Assembly (NCBI GenBank): GCA_963776345.1 | Contig: CAVZMH010000016.1 | Span: forward strand, 32,001 to 96,000 | Source of the DNA: an uncultured delta proteobacterium | GTDB taxonomy: Bacteria; Myxococcota; Myxococcia; Myxococcales; Myxococcaceae | Length of the DNA stretch: 64,000 nt | Direction of reading: 5' to 3' | In this document: positions 10,310 to 20,394 of the stretch, in pieces | Layout of the letters: each line of letters begins with the position of its first letter | Position numbering within the stretch: position 1 is the stretch's first letter | Program-made: the position numbers and the translations under genes | Notes under the pieces: model-generated | The model's database searches: none | What the model saw: the letters and a program-made list of their open reading frames with translations, nothing else | What the model was told of the DNA's origin: nothing

Positions 10310-11346
10310 CGCGCGGCTCCGGCCCGGGGTGCTCCGCCGATCGGGAGACGGACGGTCACGGTGAATCCAGCCGGGCCGCGTTCCGAGACCAGCGACGCCC
10401 GCTCTCCATAGAGCGCCGCCAGGCGGCGACGGACGGTGCCCACGCCGAGTCCGAGAGAGGAGGCTCCGCCCTCGCCCTGCCCATCGTCGGCCACGCTGAG
10501 CAGGAGATCCCCGCCGTCGACCCGGGCGCACAGCGCGATGCGCCCGCCCTCGGGCCGGCTGGAGATGCCGTGGCGAACTGCGTTCTCCACCAGGGGCTGG
10601 AGGATGAGCGACGGCACGAGCACCACGTCGGCGGCCTCGTCGCGCTCCAGCTGTACCGTCAGCCTGGGCCCCAGCCGGAGCTGCTCGAAGGCCAGGTAGT
10701 CCTGGGTGAAGCCCCACTCCTTCCGGAGAGGGACCTCCTCCTCGGTGGCCAGGGCGTGGCGGAGCAGGTCTCCCAGCCGCTCCAGCGCCCGGTCGGCCTG
10801 GAGCGGGTCGGTGCTCACCAGCGCGCCCACGGAGTGAAGGGCGTTGAAGAGGAAGTGCGGATGGATCTGCGCCCGGAGCGCCGCGAGCTGCGCCTGCTGC
10901 GCGAGGAGCCTGGCCTCGGCGGCGGCCCGCTGCTCCTCGCGGGCCTGTCGCTGGGCCCGGATGGCGTGGGAGAACCCGGCCACCACCAGGTAGAGCGAGG
11001 AGCCGAGGAGCAGATTCCAGAGCACCACCGGCGAGCTCCGGAGCCGTTCCAGGGCGAGCGCGCCGCGGCCGGCGAGCACGTCGGGCCACATCCAGGAGGT
11101 CGCGTAGACCACGGCGAAGACCGCCATGGCGATGGCGTGGCTCGCGTAGAACGCGGGGGACCGCCCGTTCCAGTCCAGCCGGCCGGTGAGCCTCCAGACG
11201 CCGACCCCGAGCACCGCGGCCGGGGCCATGGTGAGCAGCCCGTGGCCCGCCAGCTCCCAGGGCGGACGCCCGGTGGTGGAGGCCCCGGCCAGGGTCCAGA
11301 GCAAGCCGGCGAGGAGCCAGCCGACGGCGTAGGCGATCCATCCCAT
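10306..11346 (-). CDS. LytS/YehU-type sensor histidine kinase
   Basis: N-terminal TM helices; LRAQIHPHFLFNAL, LQPLVENAVRHG, VADDGQG. Confidence 0.92.
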   Translation of the reverse strand: MGWIAYAVGWLLAGLLWTLAGASTTGRPPWELAGHGLLTMAPAAVLGVGVWRLTGRLDWNGRSPAFYASHAIAMAVFAVVYATSWMWPDVLAGRGALALERLRSSPVVLWNLLLGSSLYLVVAGFSHAIRAQRQAREEQRAAAEARLLAQQAQLAALRAQIHPHFLFNALHSVGALVSTDPLQADRALERLGDLLRHALATEEEVPLRKEWGFTQDYLAFEQLRLGPRLTVQLERDEAADVVLVPSLILQPLVENAVRHGISSRPEGGRIALCARVDGGDLLLSVADDGQGEGGASSLGLGVGTVRRRLAALYGERASLVSERGPAGFTVTVRLPIGGAPRAGAAR

Positions 11347-11400
11347 CCGGTGCCCGAGTCTGGCACGGAGCGAGGAGGCCGGAGGAGGGACGGCCCGGCT

Positions 11401-11435
11401 GGCGCCCGTTCACCGCTCGTGGCGACCGTTCACCG
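11401..11435 (+). promoter_or_regulatory. Second putative LytTR-binding direct repeat
   Basis: GGCG(C/A)CCGTTCACCG at 11401 and 11421, 20-bp period. Confidence 0.55.
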
Positions 11436-11458
11436 GTGGAGCGGCGCCCGGGACGGCC

Positions 11459-13894
11459 TCACTCGGCCCGGAGCGCGAGCATCGGATCGACCCGCGTGGC
11501 CTGGCGGGCCGGAAGCGCGCAGGCGCCGAGGCTGATGCCCAGGAGCAGGACCGCCACCGCCCCGTAGGTCAGCGGATCCAACGGCCCCACCCCGAAGAGC
11601 AGACTCTGCCCGAGCCGGCCGAGGGCCAGCGCCGTGGCGAGCCCGAGGCACAGGCCGCCGAGCACCAGCGCCATCCCCTGCCCCAGCACCATGCGCAGGA
11701 CGGTCCCGGGCGCGGCCCCCAGCGCCAGGCGGACGCCGATCTCCCGCGTGCGCTGGCTCACGCTGTAGGCCACCACCCCGATGAGCCCCGAGGCGGTGAT
11801 GGCCAGCGCCAGCGCGGCGAACAGCCCGAGCAGGGACGCCACCAGACGGTGCGGGGCGAGCGCCTGCGCCCGCTGCTCGGCGAGCGGCTCCACCTCGGTG
11901 ATGGGCTGCTGCGGATCGAGCTCGTGCACCGCATCGCGGATCTGCCGCGTGACGCTCGCCGGACCCGCCTGGCTGCGGACGAAGACCCGCAGGTCGTTGA
12001 ACCCGGTCTCGGCGAACGCGCCGATGACCTCGTCCATCACCGGGGTGGTCAGGTCCTGTTGCTTGGTGTCCCCCACCACGCCGACGATGGTCACCCACTG
12101 CTTGCCGCCGTCGAAGGAGATCCGCCGGCCGATCGGGTCCTCGGCGGCGAAGCGATGACGGGCCAGCGACTGGTTCACCACCACCACCGGGTTGTCGACG
12201 TTCCGGTCGGTGTCGGTGAAGCTCCGGCCGCGCACCAGCGGGATGCCGAGCGTCCGGAAGTACTCGGGAGAGGCGGAGTCGAACGTCGCCTGCGGCGCCG
12301 GCTGCCGCTCGTCGACCGCCTGGCCCTCGACCACGTAGGTCGTGCTGAAGGGGATCGTCCCGCGGAGGGGCAAGGCGTTCGCCACGCCGACGGAGACCGT
12401 CCCCGGTGCGGCGCTGAGCCGCTCGATGAGGCGATCCACCAGCGACCGCGTCTTCGACTGGTCACCCCCGCCGTAGCGGGTGAAGTCCAGGGACACCCGG
12501 GCGGTCTGCACGCGCTCCACGTCGATGCCCGCATCCACCTGCGACAGCTCGTGCAGGCTCCGGAGGAACAGTCCGGCGCCGATCAGGAGAGCGGAGGAGA
12601 TCGCGACCTGTGCCACCACCAGGGCGCTCCGGGCGCGGCGGCTCGCGGGGCGGGCGCCGGCGCCTCCGGCGTCCTTCAGCTCGCCCGAGAGGTCGCGGGC
12701 GCGGCGGAGGGCCGGGAGCGCTCCCACCAGCACCCCGGTGGCCACCGAGACCAGGAGGTTGAAGGCGAGCACCGCGCCGTCGAGCCGGACCTCGACCGCC
12801 CGGGTGCTCAGCCGCGCGGCGAAGGCCACCAGCAGATCGAGGCTGGCCGCTGCCAGCCCCAGGCCGAGCAGTCCACCCAGCACCGCCAGGGTCACGCTCT
12901 CCGACAGGAGATGCCCCAGCATGCGCGCGCGGGAGGCGCCCAGCGCGGTGCGGACGGCGAGCTCGCGTTCGCGCCGCTGGATCCGCGCCAGGGTGAGGTT
13001 GGCCACGTTGGAGCAGACGATGAGCAGGAGGAAGCCCGCCGCCGCCAGGAGGAGCAGGAGCGTGGGCCGGGCATTGGCGGTGAGCTCGTCCCGGAGCGAC
13101 AGCACATCGAGCGTGAGCCCCTGGCCGCGCGGGTAGTCGGCGGGCTGGTCCTGTTGCCAGGACCCGGAGAGGCTCGCCAGCTCGACCCGTGCCGCCCGGA
13201 GGTCCGCGCCGGGCTTCAGCCGACCGAAGACGGTGAGTCCGCGCGCGGTCCGAGTCTGATCCCAGGCGGTGGCCCGCCGGAACGGGCAGGAGTCGGTGGG
13301 CATGTAGACGTCGTTCTCTGCGGGGTACTGGGGGATGTTGGGCAGGACCCCGACGACCGTGTGGACCCGGTCGTTCATGGTGAAGGCGCGGCCGACGACA
13401 TGCGGGTCTCCGCCGAGGTGCTTCTGCCAGTATCCGTAGCTGAGGAGCAGCACCGGTGGCGCCCCCGGCAGGTCCTCGCCCGCCTCGAAGAGCCGACCGA
13501 GCAGGGGACGCACGCCCAGGGTCTGGAAGAAGCCGGCGGAGACCACGCCGGTCTGCACCCGCTCGGGGTCGGAGCCGCCGAGGATGACGAAGGACATCGA
13601 GTGGTACTCGACCACCTCCGTGACGGTGGCCGCCCGGGCGCGGAGCTCGCGGACCTCGATGGGGGAGAGACCGACGTTCTTCACCCCGGAGAGCCGGGCC
13701 GGCTGCGTGACGTGAACCAGCCTCTCTCCGTCCTGGTACGGCAGCGGCCGGAGCAGCACGCCGTGGATGACGCTGAAGATGGCGGTGCTCGCCCCGATGC
13801 CGAGCGCAAGCGTCACCAGGACCGCGAAGGTGAATGCCGGAGCCCGGGAGAGTGCGCGGGCGGCCAGCCGGAGGTCCTGGAGGAGCTCGTGCAT
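11459..13894 (-). CDS. ABC transporter permease, duplicated MacB/FtsX (ADOP-type)
   Basis: QDLRLAARAL...TLALGIGASTAIFS; LLLIVCSNVANL; YSVSQRTREIGVRLALGA; ATRVDPMLALRAE. Confidence 0.92.
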   Translation of the reverse strand: MHELLQDLRLAARALSRAPAFTFAVLVTLALGIGASTAIFSVIHGVLLRPLPYQDGERLVHVTQPARLSGVKNVGLSPIEVRELRARAATVTEVVEYHSMSFVILGGSDPERVQTGVVSAGFFQTLGVRPLLGRLFEAGEDLPGAPPVLLLSYGYWQKHLGGDPHVVGRAFTMNDRVHTVVGVLPNIPQYPAENDVYMPTDSCPFRRATAWDQTRTARGLTVFGRLKPGADLRAARVELASLSGSWQQDQPADYPRGQGLTLDVLSLRDELTANARPTLLLLLAAAGFLLLIVCSNVANLTLARIQRRERELAVRTALGASRARMLGHLLSESVTLAVLGGLLGLGLAAASLDLLVAFAARLSTRAVEVRLDGAVLAFNLLVSVATGVLVGALPALRRARDLSGELKDAGGAGARPASRRARSALVVAQVAISSALLIGAGLFLRSLHELSQVDAGIDVERVQTARVSLDFTRYGGGDQSKTRSLVDRLIERLSAAPGTVSVGVANALPLRGTIPFSTTYVVEGQAVDERQPAPQATFDSASPEYFRTLGIPLVRGRSFTDTDRNVDNPVVVVNQSLARHRFAAEDPIGRRISFDGGKQWVTIVGVVGDTKQQDLTTPVMDEVIGAFAETGFNDLRVFVRSQAGPASVTRQIRDAVHELDPQQPITEVEPLAEQRAQALAPHRLVASLLGLFAALALAITASGLIGVVAYSVSQRTREIGVRLALGAAPGTVLRMVLGQGMALVLGGLCLGLATALALGRLGQSLLFGVGPLDPLTYGAVAVLLLGISLGACALPARQATRVDPMLALRAE

Positions 13895-13931
13895 GTGTGT
13901 CCTCCTCAGCGTCGGAGACCCGCCGGCGAGG

Positions 13932-13947
13932 AGCAACTCACGTGCCC
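13932..13947 (-). promoter_or_regulatory. Putative sigma54 -24/-12 promoter
   Basis: Minus strand GGGCAC-GTGAG-TTGCT (GG-N10-GC), about 40 bp upstream of the permease ATG. Confidence 0.6.
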
Positions 13948-14060
13948 GGGGTGAAGCGGGCCCCGGCTGCGGCAAACGGCGCTCCGGCGGCCCGGGACGT
14001 TCCGGAAACGGGACACGCCGTACCGCTTCCGGTGAGCGCCCCTCGCCCGGGAGCCCGCGC

Positions 14061-14504
14061 TCAGGAGCCGAGGAGGCGGGACAGACGCCGGTGCAGCTCG
14101 ATCAGCTCTCCCTCGTGCTGCAGCAGCAGGGCGATGGTGTCCGGGTCGTCTCGCTCGCGGAGCTCGCGCTCGAGTGCCGCCAGCCGGTCCTGGAGGTCCC
14201 CCGCGCGCTCCGGCGCGATGACCTTCGAGTGGGCGCGGAGACGGCCCGCGACCTCCCGGTTCCCGGCGAAGCGTCGGACGACGGCCAGGGCCCGCTCCAC
14301 CACGTCCTGGGAGAGCTCGGCGGAGGCCAGGGCCAGCCGGTGCGCCGAGGCCATCGCCGCCGGGCTCCAGCCTTGCCCCAGCTCCTCGAGCAGCGTGCGC
14401 TGGTACCGGAACAGCCGCTCCAGCAGCGAGGCGTCGATGCGGTAGGCGGCGAAGGACAGGGTCCGGGAGTCGCCCCCGGACAGGCCGTTGCCGGAACGCT
14501 TCAT
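14061..14504 (-). CDS. Hypothetical helical protein
   Basis: MKRSGNG...LLERLFRYQR; TGATG overlap with the VWA gene. Confidence 0.65.
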   Translation of the reverse strand: MKRSGNGLSGGDSRTLSFAAYRIDASLLERLFRYQRTLLEELGQGWSPAAMASAHRLALASAELSQDVVERALAVVRRFAGNREVAGRLRAHSKVIAPERAGDLQDRLAALERELRERDDPDTIALLLQHEGELIELHRRLSRLLGS

Positions 14505-15910
14505 CAGCGGGCCCCCACGGGCACCAGCTGGTCGGCCAGGCGGTCGAGGTCGGAGAGGGATTGCACGACCACCACCTGGTCGCACACCCGGGCGTAGAGG
14601 TCCATCTCGCTGTCGCCCACGCCCCAGGCCCTGCGCTCCTCCGGGCAGATCCACACCAGCCGCCGCGCCTTGCGGCGGATCTCCTGGAGCGCCCAGACGT
14701 TGGGTGGGTTCTGGTTGTTCCGCCCGTCGCCGATGACCAGCACGGTGGTCCGGCGGGTCACGGCCGGGAGCTCCCGCCGGACGAAGCTGGCCAGCGCGTG
14801 CCCGTAGTTGGAGTTGGACTGGAGCGAGACCGCCTTGCCGGTCACCGCGAGGTCCAGGGCGCGTTCGGGCTCGAGGGTCCGGAACAGCTCGGTGACCTCG
14901 CCCAGATCGGAGACGAAGACGAAGCTGCGCACCCGGGCGAAGAGCGACTGCAGGGTGTGGGTGAAGAGCAGCATCAGCCGGCTCACGTTGCGCACCGACT
15001 CGGAGACGTCGCACAGCACCACCACGTCGGGGCGATGGGCCCGCCGCGCGCGGAACACCGGGACCATCGGCATGCCCCCCCAGGACATGTTGCGGCGCAA
15101 CGTCCGCCGGACGTTGAGCGTTCCCTTGCGGCGGCTCCGCTCCCTGCGGACGAGGCGGGTCTTCAGCCGCTCGGCGAGGCGGCGCACCGCGTGCTGGACC
15201 TGGGTCAGCTCGGCCTGGCTGAGGGTGGCGAAGCTCCGGTCGGCCAGCGCGCCCGAGGTGCCGCGCAGCCGGGCCCGGGCCTGCCGCTCGACCTCGCGGC
15301 GGGCGTCGGCCTCGAGCCCCCGGAACAGGTCCGACAGCCGCCGGCTCACCCACTCGAAGCCCTCGGTGGAGAGGCCCCGCCGCCGGAGCTCGGCCTCGAT
15401 GGCCCCGATGTCGGTCCGAAGCCCGTCCCCGCCTGCGCCCGCGAGGAGCCGCCGCGCGTAGAAGCCGGCCTGGAGCGGGCTCTGGAGCCGCGAGAAGTCG
15501 AGCTGGAGCGTCGCGCCCCGGAAGAGCTGGGCCAGCCGGGCCCGGTCGCCCCGGAGGGCCGCCTGGGTGAGCGGTGACATCTCGCCCAGCAGCCGCCCGA
15601 GCGTGGCCAGGGTCATGGTCCGCTCGTCGCCCTCGAGCGCGCCGGTGGCCGCCAGCTCGTCGAGGAGCGACTGCTCCACCCCCTCGAGCAGCGAGACGGC
15701 CCCGGAGAAGAAGAGGTCGAAGACCCGGTCGAACGGGCCCCGGTCCGCCGCCCGCTTCACCATCGTCGTCCGGAGAACGGAACGGAACGCCTCCCGGTCG
15801 GCGAGGTCGACCAGGGTGGCGGCGCGCGTTGCATCGAGCAGCTCGGACGTGGCAACCCGGACGCCGTTCTGGCGCAGCACCTCGGCGAACTCGACGATCC
15901 GGGCTTCCAT
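14504..15910 (-). CDS. VWA-domain CoxE-like protein
   Basis: LNVRRTLRRNM, MIDAS motif LCDVSES, IGDGRNN. Confidence 0.88.
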   Translation of the reverse strand: MEARIVEFAEVLRQNGVRVATSELLDATRAATLVDLADREAFRSVLRTTMVKRAADRGPFDRVFDLFFSGAVSLLEGVEQSLLDELAATGALEGDERTMTLATLGRLLGEMSPLTQAALRGDRARLAQLFRGATLQLDFSRLQSPLQAGFYARRLLAGAGGDGLRTDIGAIEAELRRRGLSTEGFEWVSRRLSDLFRGLEADARREVERQARARLRGTSGALADRSFATLSQAELTQVQHAVRRLAERLKTRLVRRERSRRKGTLNVRRTLRRNMSWGGMPMVPVFRARRAHRPDVVVLCDVSESVRNVSRLMLLFTHTLQSLFARVRSFVFVSDLGEVTELFRTLEPERALDLAVTGKAVSLQSNSNYGHALASFVRRELPAVTRRTTVLVIGDGRNNQNPPNVWALQEIRRKARRLVWICPEERRAWGVGDSEMDLYARVCDQVVVVQSLSDLDRLADQLVPVGAR

Positions 15911-16010
15911 CCGACCCCTGGAGATAACCCAGATGGCCCTGCTTCGTGCAGCTGAACTGAGCGGCACTCGGTCCTTGCCCCTCGCGCCGGGCGAGACAGC
16001 ATCGGCGTCG

Positions 16011-17204
16011 ATGCCGGACGGAGCGAGCGGTCGGGCGCAGACACTCCGGCGGGCCACGCTCCTCGTCCTGAGCATCCTCCCGCTGCTGCCCACCCTCCGG
16101 GCGCACGCGGTGGGCGACCTCCCGGTCTACTTCGAGGCGGCGCGCTCCTGGCTCGCCGGCCAGACCCCCTACGCCGAGTTCCGGTTCGAGTACCCGCCCT
16201 ACGCGCTCCTGGCCTTCGCTCCGGCGGCGCTCGTCTCGTCCTCGCTGCCCGAGTTCCAGGTGGCGTTCGGCCTCGAGCTCCTGCTGGTCGACGTGGCCAT
16301 CCGCGCCGCGCTCCTCTGGACGGCTCGCCGCCGCCTCGGGGCCTGGGCCTACGCGCCGTTCCTGGCCTACGCCGCCGTGGCGCAGCTGCAGGCCTTCTGG
16401 CTCTACAAGCGCTTCGACCTCATCCCTGCCGCGCTGACCCTGGCCGCGGTCCTCGCCCTCTCACGCGGGGCTGCGGGCCTCGCCGGAGCGGCGCTCGTCG
16501 CCGGCATCGGGACGAAGGTCTACCCGGTGGTGCTCCTCCCGCTGGCCCTCGTCCACACGCTCCGGCAGGGGACGCTCCGGCGGTTCCTCGGAGGAGCGGC
16601 GCTCGCCGCGGCCCCCCTGGCGGCCCTCGCCGTGAGCTGGCCGCTGCTCCGCGCCGTCGGGTTCCACTCTGCGCGCGGGCTCCAGGTCGAGTCGCTCTGG
16701 GCCTCGGTGCTCTGGCTGTTCCGGGACTGGAGCGGCGTCCGCTGGGTGCACGCCCCGGCCTCGTACGAGGTGCAGGGAGGCCTCGCGCCCGCGGTGCTCC
16801 CCATGGCCGTCGCGGTGTGGACGCTGGGCACGGCCGCGGCGGTGCTCCTGTCGCTCAGGCGGGTCGAGGAGCCCGGGCCCGGCGCACTGGCCGAGCGCGC
16901 GCTCCTTCCGCTGCTCGCGCTGGTCGCGCTCGGGCCGGTGTTCAGCCCCCAGTACGTGCTGTGGATCGCCACCCTGGCGGCGCTGCTCGTGGAGCCCGCA
17001 CGGTGGCGGCTGGCGCTCGCGCCACTCGCCGCCGCGCTCCTCACCCGGGTCACCTACCCCGCTCCCGGGTATCAGACCGGCCTCTCGCCGGCCCTCACCG
17101 CCGCCCTGGTCCTGCGGAACCTCCTGCTGGTGACCGGTCTCGGGCTCCTGGTGGCGTCCGCCCGTCGAGGGCTGCCCACCGCCCCCGTTCAGCAGCCGCC
17201 CTGA
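16011..17204 (+). CDS. GT-C membrane glycosyltransferase (GT87-like)
   Basis: PYAEFRFEYPP, RFDLIPA, TKVYP, RGLQVES, VFSPQY; many TM segments. Start uncertain. Confidence 0.8.
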   Translation: MPDGASGRAQTLRRATLLVLSILPLLPTLRAHAVGDLPVYFEAARSWLAGQTPYAEFRFEYPPYALLAFAPAALVSSSLPEFQVAFGLELLLVDVAIRAALLWTARRRLGAWAYAPFLAYAAVAQLQAFWLYKRFDLIPAALTLAAVLALSRGAAGLAGAALVAGIGTKVYPVVLLPLALVHTLRQGTLRRFLGGAALAAAPLAALAVSWPLLRAVGFHSARGLQVESLWASVLWLFRDWSGVRWVHAPASYEVQGGLAPAVLPMAVAVWTLGTAAAVLLSLRRVEEPGPGALAERALLPLLALVALGPVFSPQYVLWIATLAALLVEPARWRLALAPLAAALLTRVTYPAPGYQTGLSPALTAALVLRNLLLVTGLGLLVASARRGLPTAPVQQPP

Positions 17205-17527
17205 CCCTGGAGCCCGCCCAGCTTCGCCTCGCAGGCCTGGAGCGAGGTGCTCCAGCTCTCCAGTGTGGCTGGACTGCACGTGGGGAGCGCCTGGAGGCAG
17301 CTCGCGAAGTCCTTCAGCTTCTGCTGATCGCTGTCGGTGCACTTCGAGATGGAGCTGCGGCACGCATCGGCGCTGAAGCCGAGCGGCGGCAAGTTCGAGA
17401 AGCACGGCGCTGCCTTGGTGCTGAAATCGCTCGCTGCGGTGGCCAGGGTGTCGCAGACCGAGGTGTTCCCGGAGCTCGAGCCACACGCCACCCAGCCCAG
17501 AGCAAGTGCCACAAGAACACTGCGCAT
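17189..17527 (-). CDS. Small Cys-rich lipoprotein
   Basis: GGAGG RBS; lipobox-like WVAC followed by 8 further Cys. Confidence 0.72.
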   Translation of the reverse strand: MRSVLVALALGWVACGSSSGNTSVCDTLATAASDFSTKAAPCFSNLPPLGFSADACRSSISKCTDSDQQKLKDFASCLQALPTCSPATLESWSTSLQACEAKLGGLQGQGGC

Positions 17528-17698
17528 TTCGATTCCTCCTCCGTCGTCACTCGGAAAGGAAGAACCGGGCACTGCAATGCCAGTGCCCCCGCGGAGACGC
17601 TCGGAGTTGCAGGGCTGCCTCCACCCCTGGTCGCACGCGATGCGCTTCGGAGAGTCACCGGGCGCACAGGATGCAGAGGTGGACAGGCCGAGCTGTCC

Positions 17699-18981
17699 CT
17701 ACGGGGGTGGCTCTGACCCTGGCGACGCCCGCTCGAACGCCGCCAGCGTCTCGGAATGGTGCGTGCCGGGGAACAGGTCCACGAGCTGGACCGCCCGGAG
17801 CCGGAACCCCTCGGCGGTGAGCGCGGCGGCATCCCGGGCGAGCGAGCCGGCATCACAGGCCACGTAGACCAGCCGCCGGACACCCAGCGCGCTCGCCAGC
17901 GGCGCGAGTCGCGGCGCCCCGGTGCGCGGGGGGTCGGCGAGCAGCAGGTCGAACCGGCGCCCCTCCTTCGCCAGCCCCCGGCTCACCTTCTCGGCGTCCC
18001 CCTGGACGAAGCGGACGTTCCCGAGGCGGGCCTCGGTCGACGCGCTCACCGCGAGCCGGACCGAGAGCGCCGAGGACTCCACGGCGAGCACCGACGCCAC
18101 GCGGGCCGCCAGCGCGAAGGTGAAGGTTCCGTTCCCGGCGTACAGCTCGAGCGCGGTGTCCTCCGGCCGCGGCGCGAGCAGGGCCAGGGCGCGTTCCACC
18201 AGGGCGACGGTGCCCTCCGCGTGGGCCTGCGAGAAGGCCTCCGGACGGAGCAGGAGCGGGACCTCCGGGCGGAGCGGGGCCGTGCCGCGCAGGGTGGGCC
18301 GCCCCACGTCCTCGCTCGCGTCCGCGGTCAGGGACCAGCACCACCCCACGCACCCCGGCGCGGACGATGGCCAGGGCCACCTCGCGGGCGCGGGGCTTGA
18401 TGGCGCCGTCCAGCTCCAGCGCCACCGAGACCCGGTCCCCCTCCGCGACCAGCCGCACCGAGCGCAGTCCACGGCCCAGCGGGGCGAGCAGCGGCGCGAG
18501 GCGGCCCGGGAGCGGAGCCAGTGGACCGACCAGGGCCGGACAGGTCTCGACCGCCACGGGCGTGTGGCTCCGGCGATGGAGGTACCCGAGGCTCGTCCCG
18601 GTCCAGTGCAGGTCCGCACGCCGGCGGGTCCCGAGGCCCCCGGCGGAGACCGTGGGCAGCCACTCGACGCCCGAGAGGTCCAGGCCACCGAGTCGCTCCA
18701 GCGCACCCCTCACTGCCCGCTCGCGCTCGTGCCGCTGCGCCGCTGGGTCGAGGTGGAGCCAGTCACAGCCGCCGCAGACGCCCGCGAGGGGACACGCGGG
18801 CGAGATGCGCTCGGCGGCCGGGCGGAGCACCTCGAGCAGCCGGCCCCGCTGCACCTTGCCCTCGACGCCCGGGACGACCCGGACCCGCTCGCCCGGAGAG
18901 CGCGCCGGCGACGAACAGCGCCCGCCCGTTCCAGGCGGCGACGCCCTCCCCTTCCGCGGAGAGGCGATCCACCTCGACCAC
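17699..18981 (-). CDS. RNA m5U methyltransferase (RlmD/TrmA family); frameshifts near 18895 and 18320
   Basis: TRAM-like start, CPLAGVCGGC Fe-S motif, FSQ, LELYAGNG, DPPRTG, YVAC, DLFPGTHHSE, spread over three frames. Confidence 0.85.
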
Positions 18982-19263
18982 GACCGGTGCCTCCTCACGA
19001 GCGACCCCGTGGGCGGCCGGCTCGGTCGGGGCCGTCGAGCCCGCGCGCGGCGGCCGGACGCGGGGACGCCGGATCACCCCGGCGGCTCCCGGGCAGGGTG
19101 CCCCGCCCCACGGGAGAGGGCTCCGAATGGTCAGGAAGGTCACTTGTCTATTCCCCGAGAATAGTCAGGTGCCTTTCCTGCGTAGTCGCCGCCCCGCGAA
19201 AGCCTCGGTCGCACGGCACGGGAGCATCCGCTGGGTGGCTGGCGAGGCCGGCGGAGGGGGAGG

Positions 19264-19668
19264 TCAGTTCGGCTGCTTGGCGCCGTGCGCCGGGCCGGGC
19301 ATGCGGCCGGTGTCCGGCAGCTCGCGCCTGAGCTGCTCCACGAAGCGCTCGATGCGGTCCCGGAGCTCGTCGGTGACGTCCACGAACTCGACCCCCATCC
19401 CGGGCACCTGGTTGGTGGGGTTGTCGAACTCCTGGACCCGCGTCACCCGGCCGCGGAGATCGAAGGGCACCGGCGCGCCGGGCAGCTGGAGGATGATGCG
19501 GACGGTGGTCCCCACCGGGAGCGGGTTGCGCGAGTTGATGAACATCCCGCCCCGGGAGAGGTTGGTGGCCCAGTCGGTGATGAAGCCGTCCACGGTCCGG
19601 TAGGCCACCGGCAGCTCGTGCTCGAGCCGGTCTGCCCTCCGCCCGCTCTTCGGGTTCTCGTTCGACAT
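19264..19668 (-). CDS. Stand-alone PilZ-domain protein
   Basis: RRADR and NLSRGG motifs; PGMGVEF. Confidence 0.88.
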   Translation of the reverse strand: MSNENPKSGRRADRLEHELPVAYRTVDGFITDWATNLSRGGMFINSRNPLPVGTTVRIILQLPGAPVPFDLRGRVTRVQEFDNPTNQVPGMGVEFVDVTDELRDRIERFVEQLRRELPDTGRMPGPAHGAKQPN

Positions 19669-19719
19669 CCTGGACGCACCTTCCGTCCAGGGAAGCGTAC
19701 CAGACGACGACCGTCCCCT

Positions 19720-20376
19720 CTAGACGCGCATCTCGCAGAGGTCGGGGGAGATGCGCAGCCTTGGCTCGGTGAGCTTCTGGACCTGCTCCGGTGTGACCCC
19801 CGGGGCCACCTCCCGGAGCAGGAGTCCGTCGGGAAGCACGTCGATGTAGGCGAGGTCGGTGACGAGGTGATGCACGCACTTCCGCCCGGTGAGGGGGAGC
19901 GAGCAGCGCTCGAGGATCTTGGGCTTGCCGTCCTTGGTGGCGTGCTCCATGGCCACGAAGACCCGCTTGGCGCCCATGGCCAGGTCCATGGCCCCGCCCA
20001 TGCCCTTCACCATCTTCCCGGGGATCATCCAGTTGGCCAGGTCCCCCTGGGCGGAGACCTCCATCGCGCCGAGGACGGCGAAGTCGATGTGGCCGCCGCG
20101 GATCATCCCGAAGGACATGGCGGAGTCGAAGAACGACGCGCCCTTGACCGCGGTGACGGTCTCCTTCCCGGCGTTGATCAGGTCCGGGTCCTCCTGCCCC
20201 TCCAGAGGCCAGGGCCCGATGCCGAGGAGCCCGTTCTCGGAGTGAAGGAGGATGTCCATCCCCTGGGGGATGTAGTTGGCGACCAGCGTGGGCAGACCGA
20301 TGCCCAGGTTGACGTAGTACCCATCGCGCAGCTCGAGGGCGATGCGGTGGGCGACCTGTTCACGGGTGAGAGCCAT
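19720..20376 (-). CDS. scoB: 3-oxoacid CoA-transferase subunit B
   Basis: [13 protein letters not shown] catalytic motif, KGMGGAMDL. Confidence 0.93.
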   Translation of the reverse strand: MALTREQVAHRIALELRDGYYVNLGIGLPTLVANYIPQGMDILLHSENGLLGIGPWPLEGQEDPDLINAGKETVTAVKGASFFDSAMSFGMIRGGHIDFAVLGAMEVSAQGDLANWMIPGKMVKGMGGAMDLAMGAKRVFVAMEHATKDGKPKILERCSLPLTGRKCVHHLVTDLAYIDVLPDGLLLREVAPGVTPEQVQKLTEPRLRISPDLCEMRV

Positions 20377-20394
20377 GGTCGATGTCGTCTCCGG

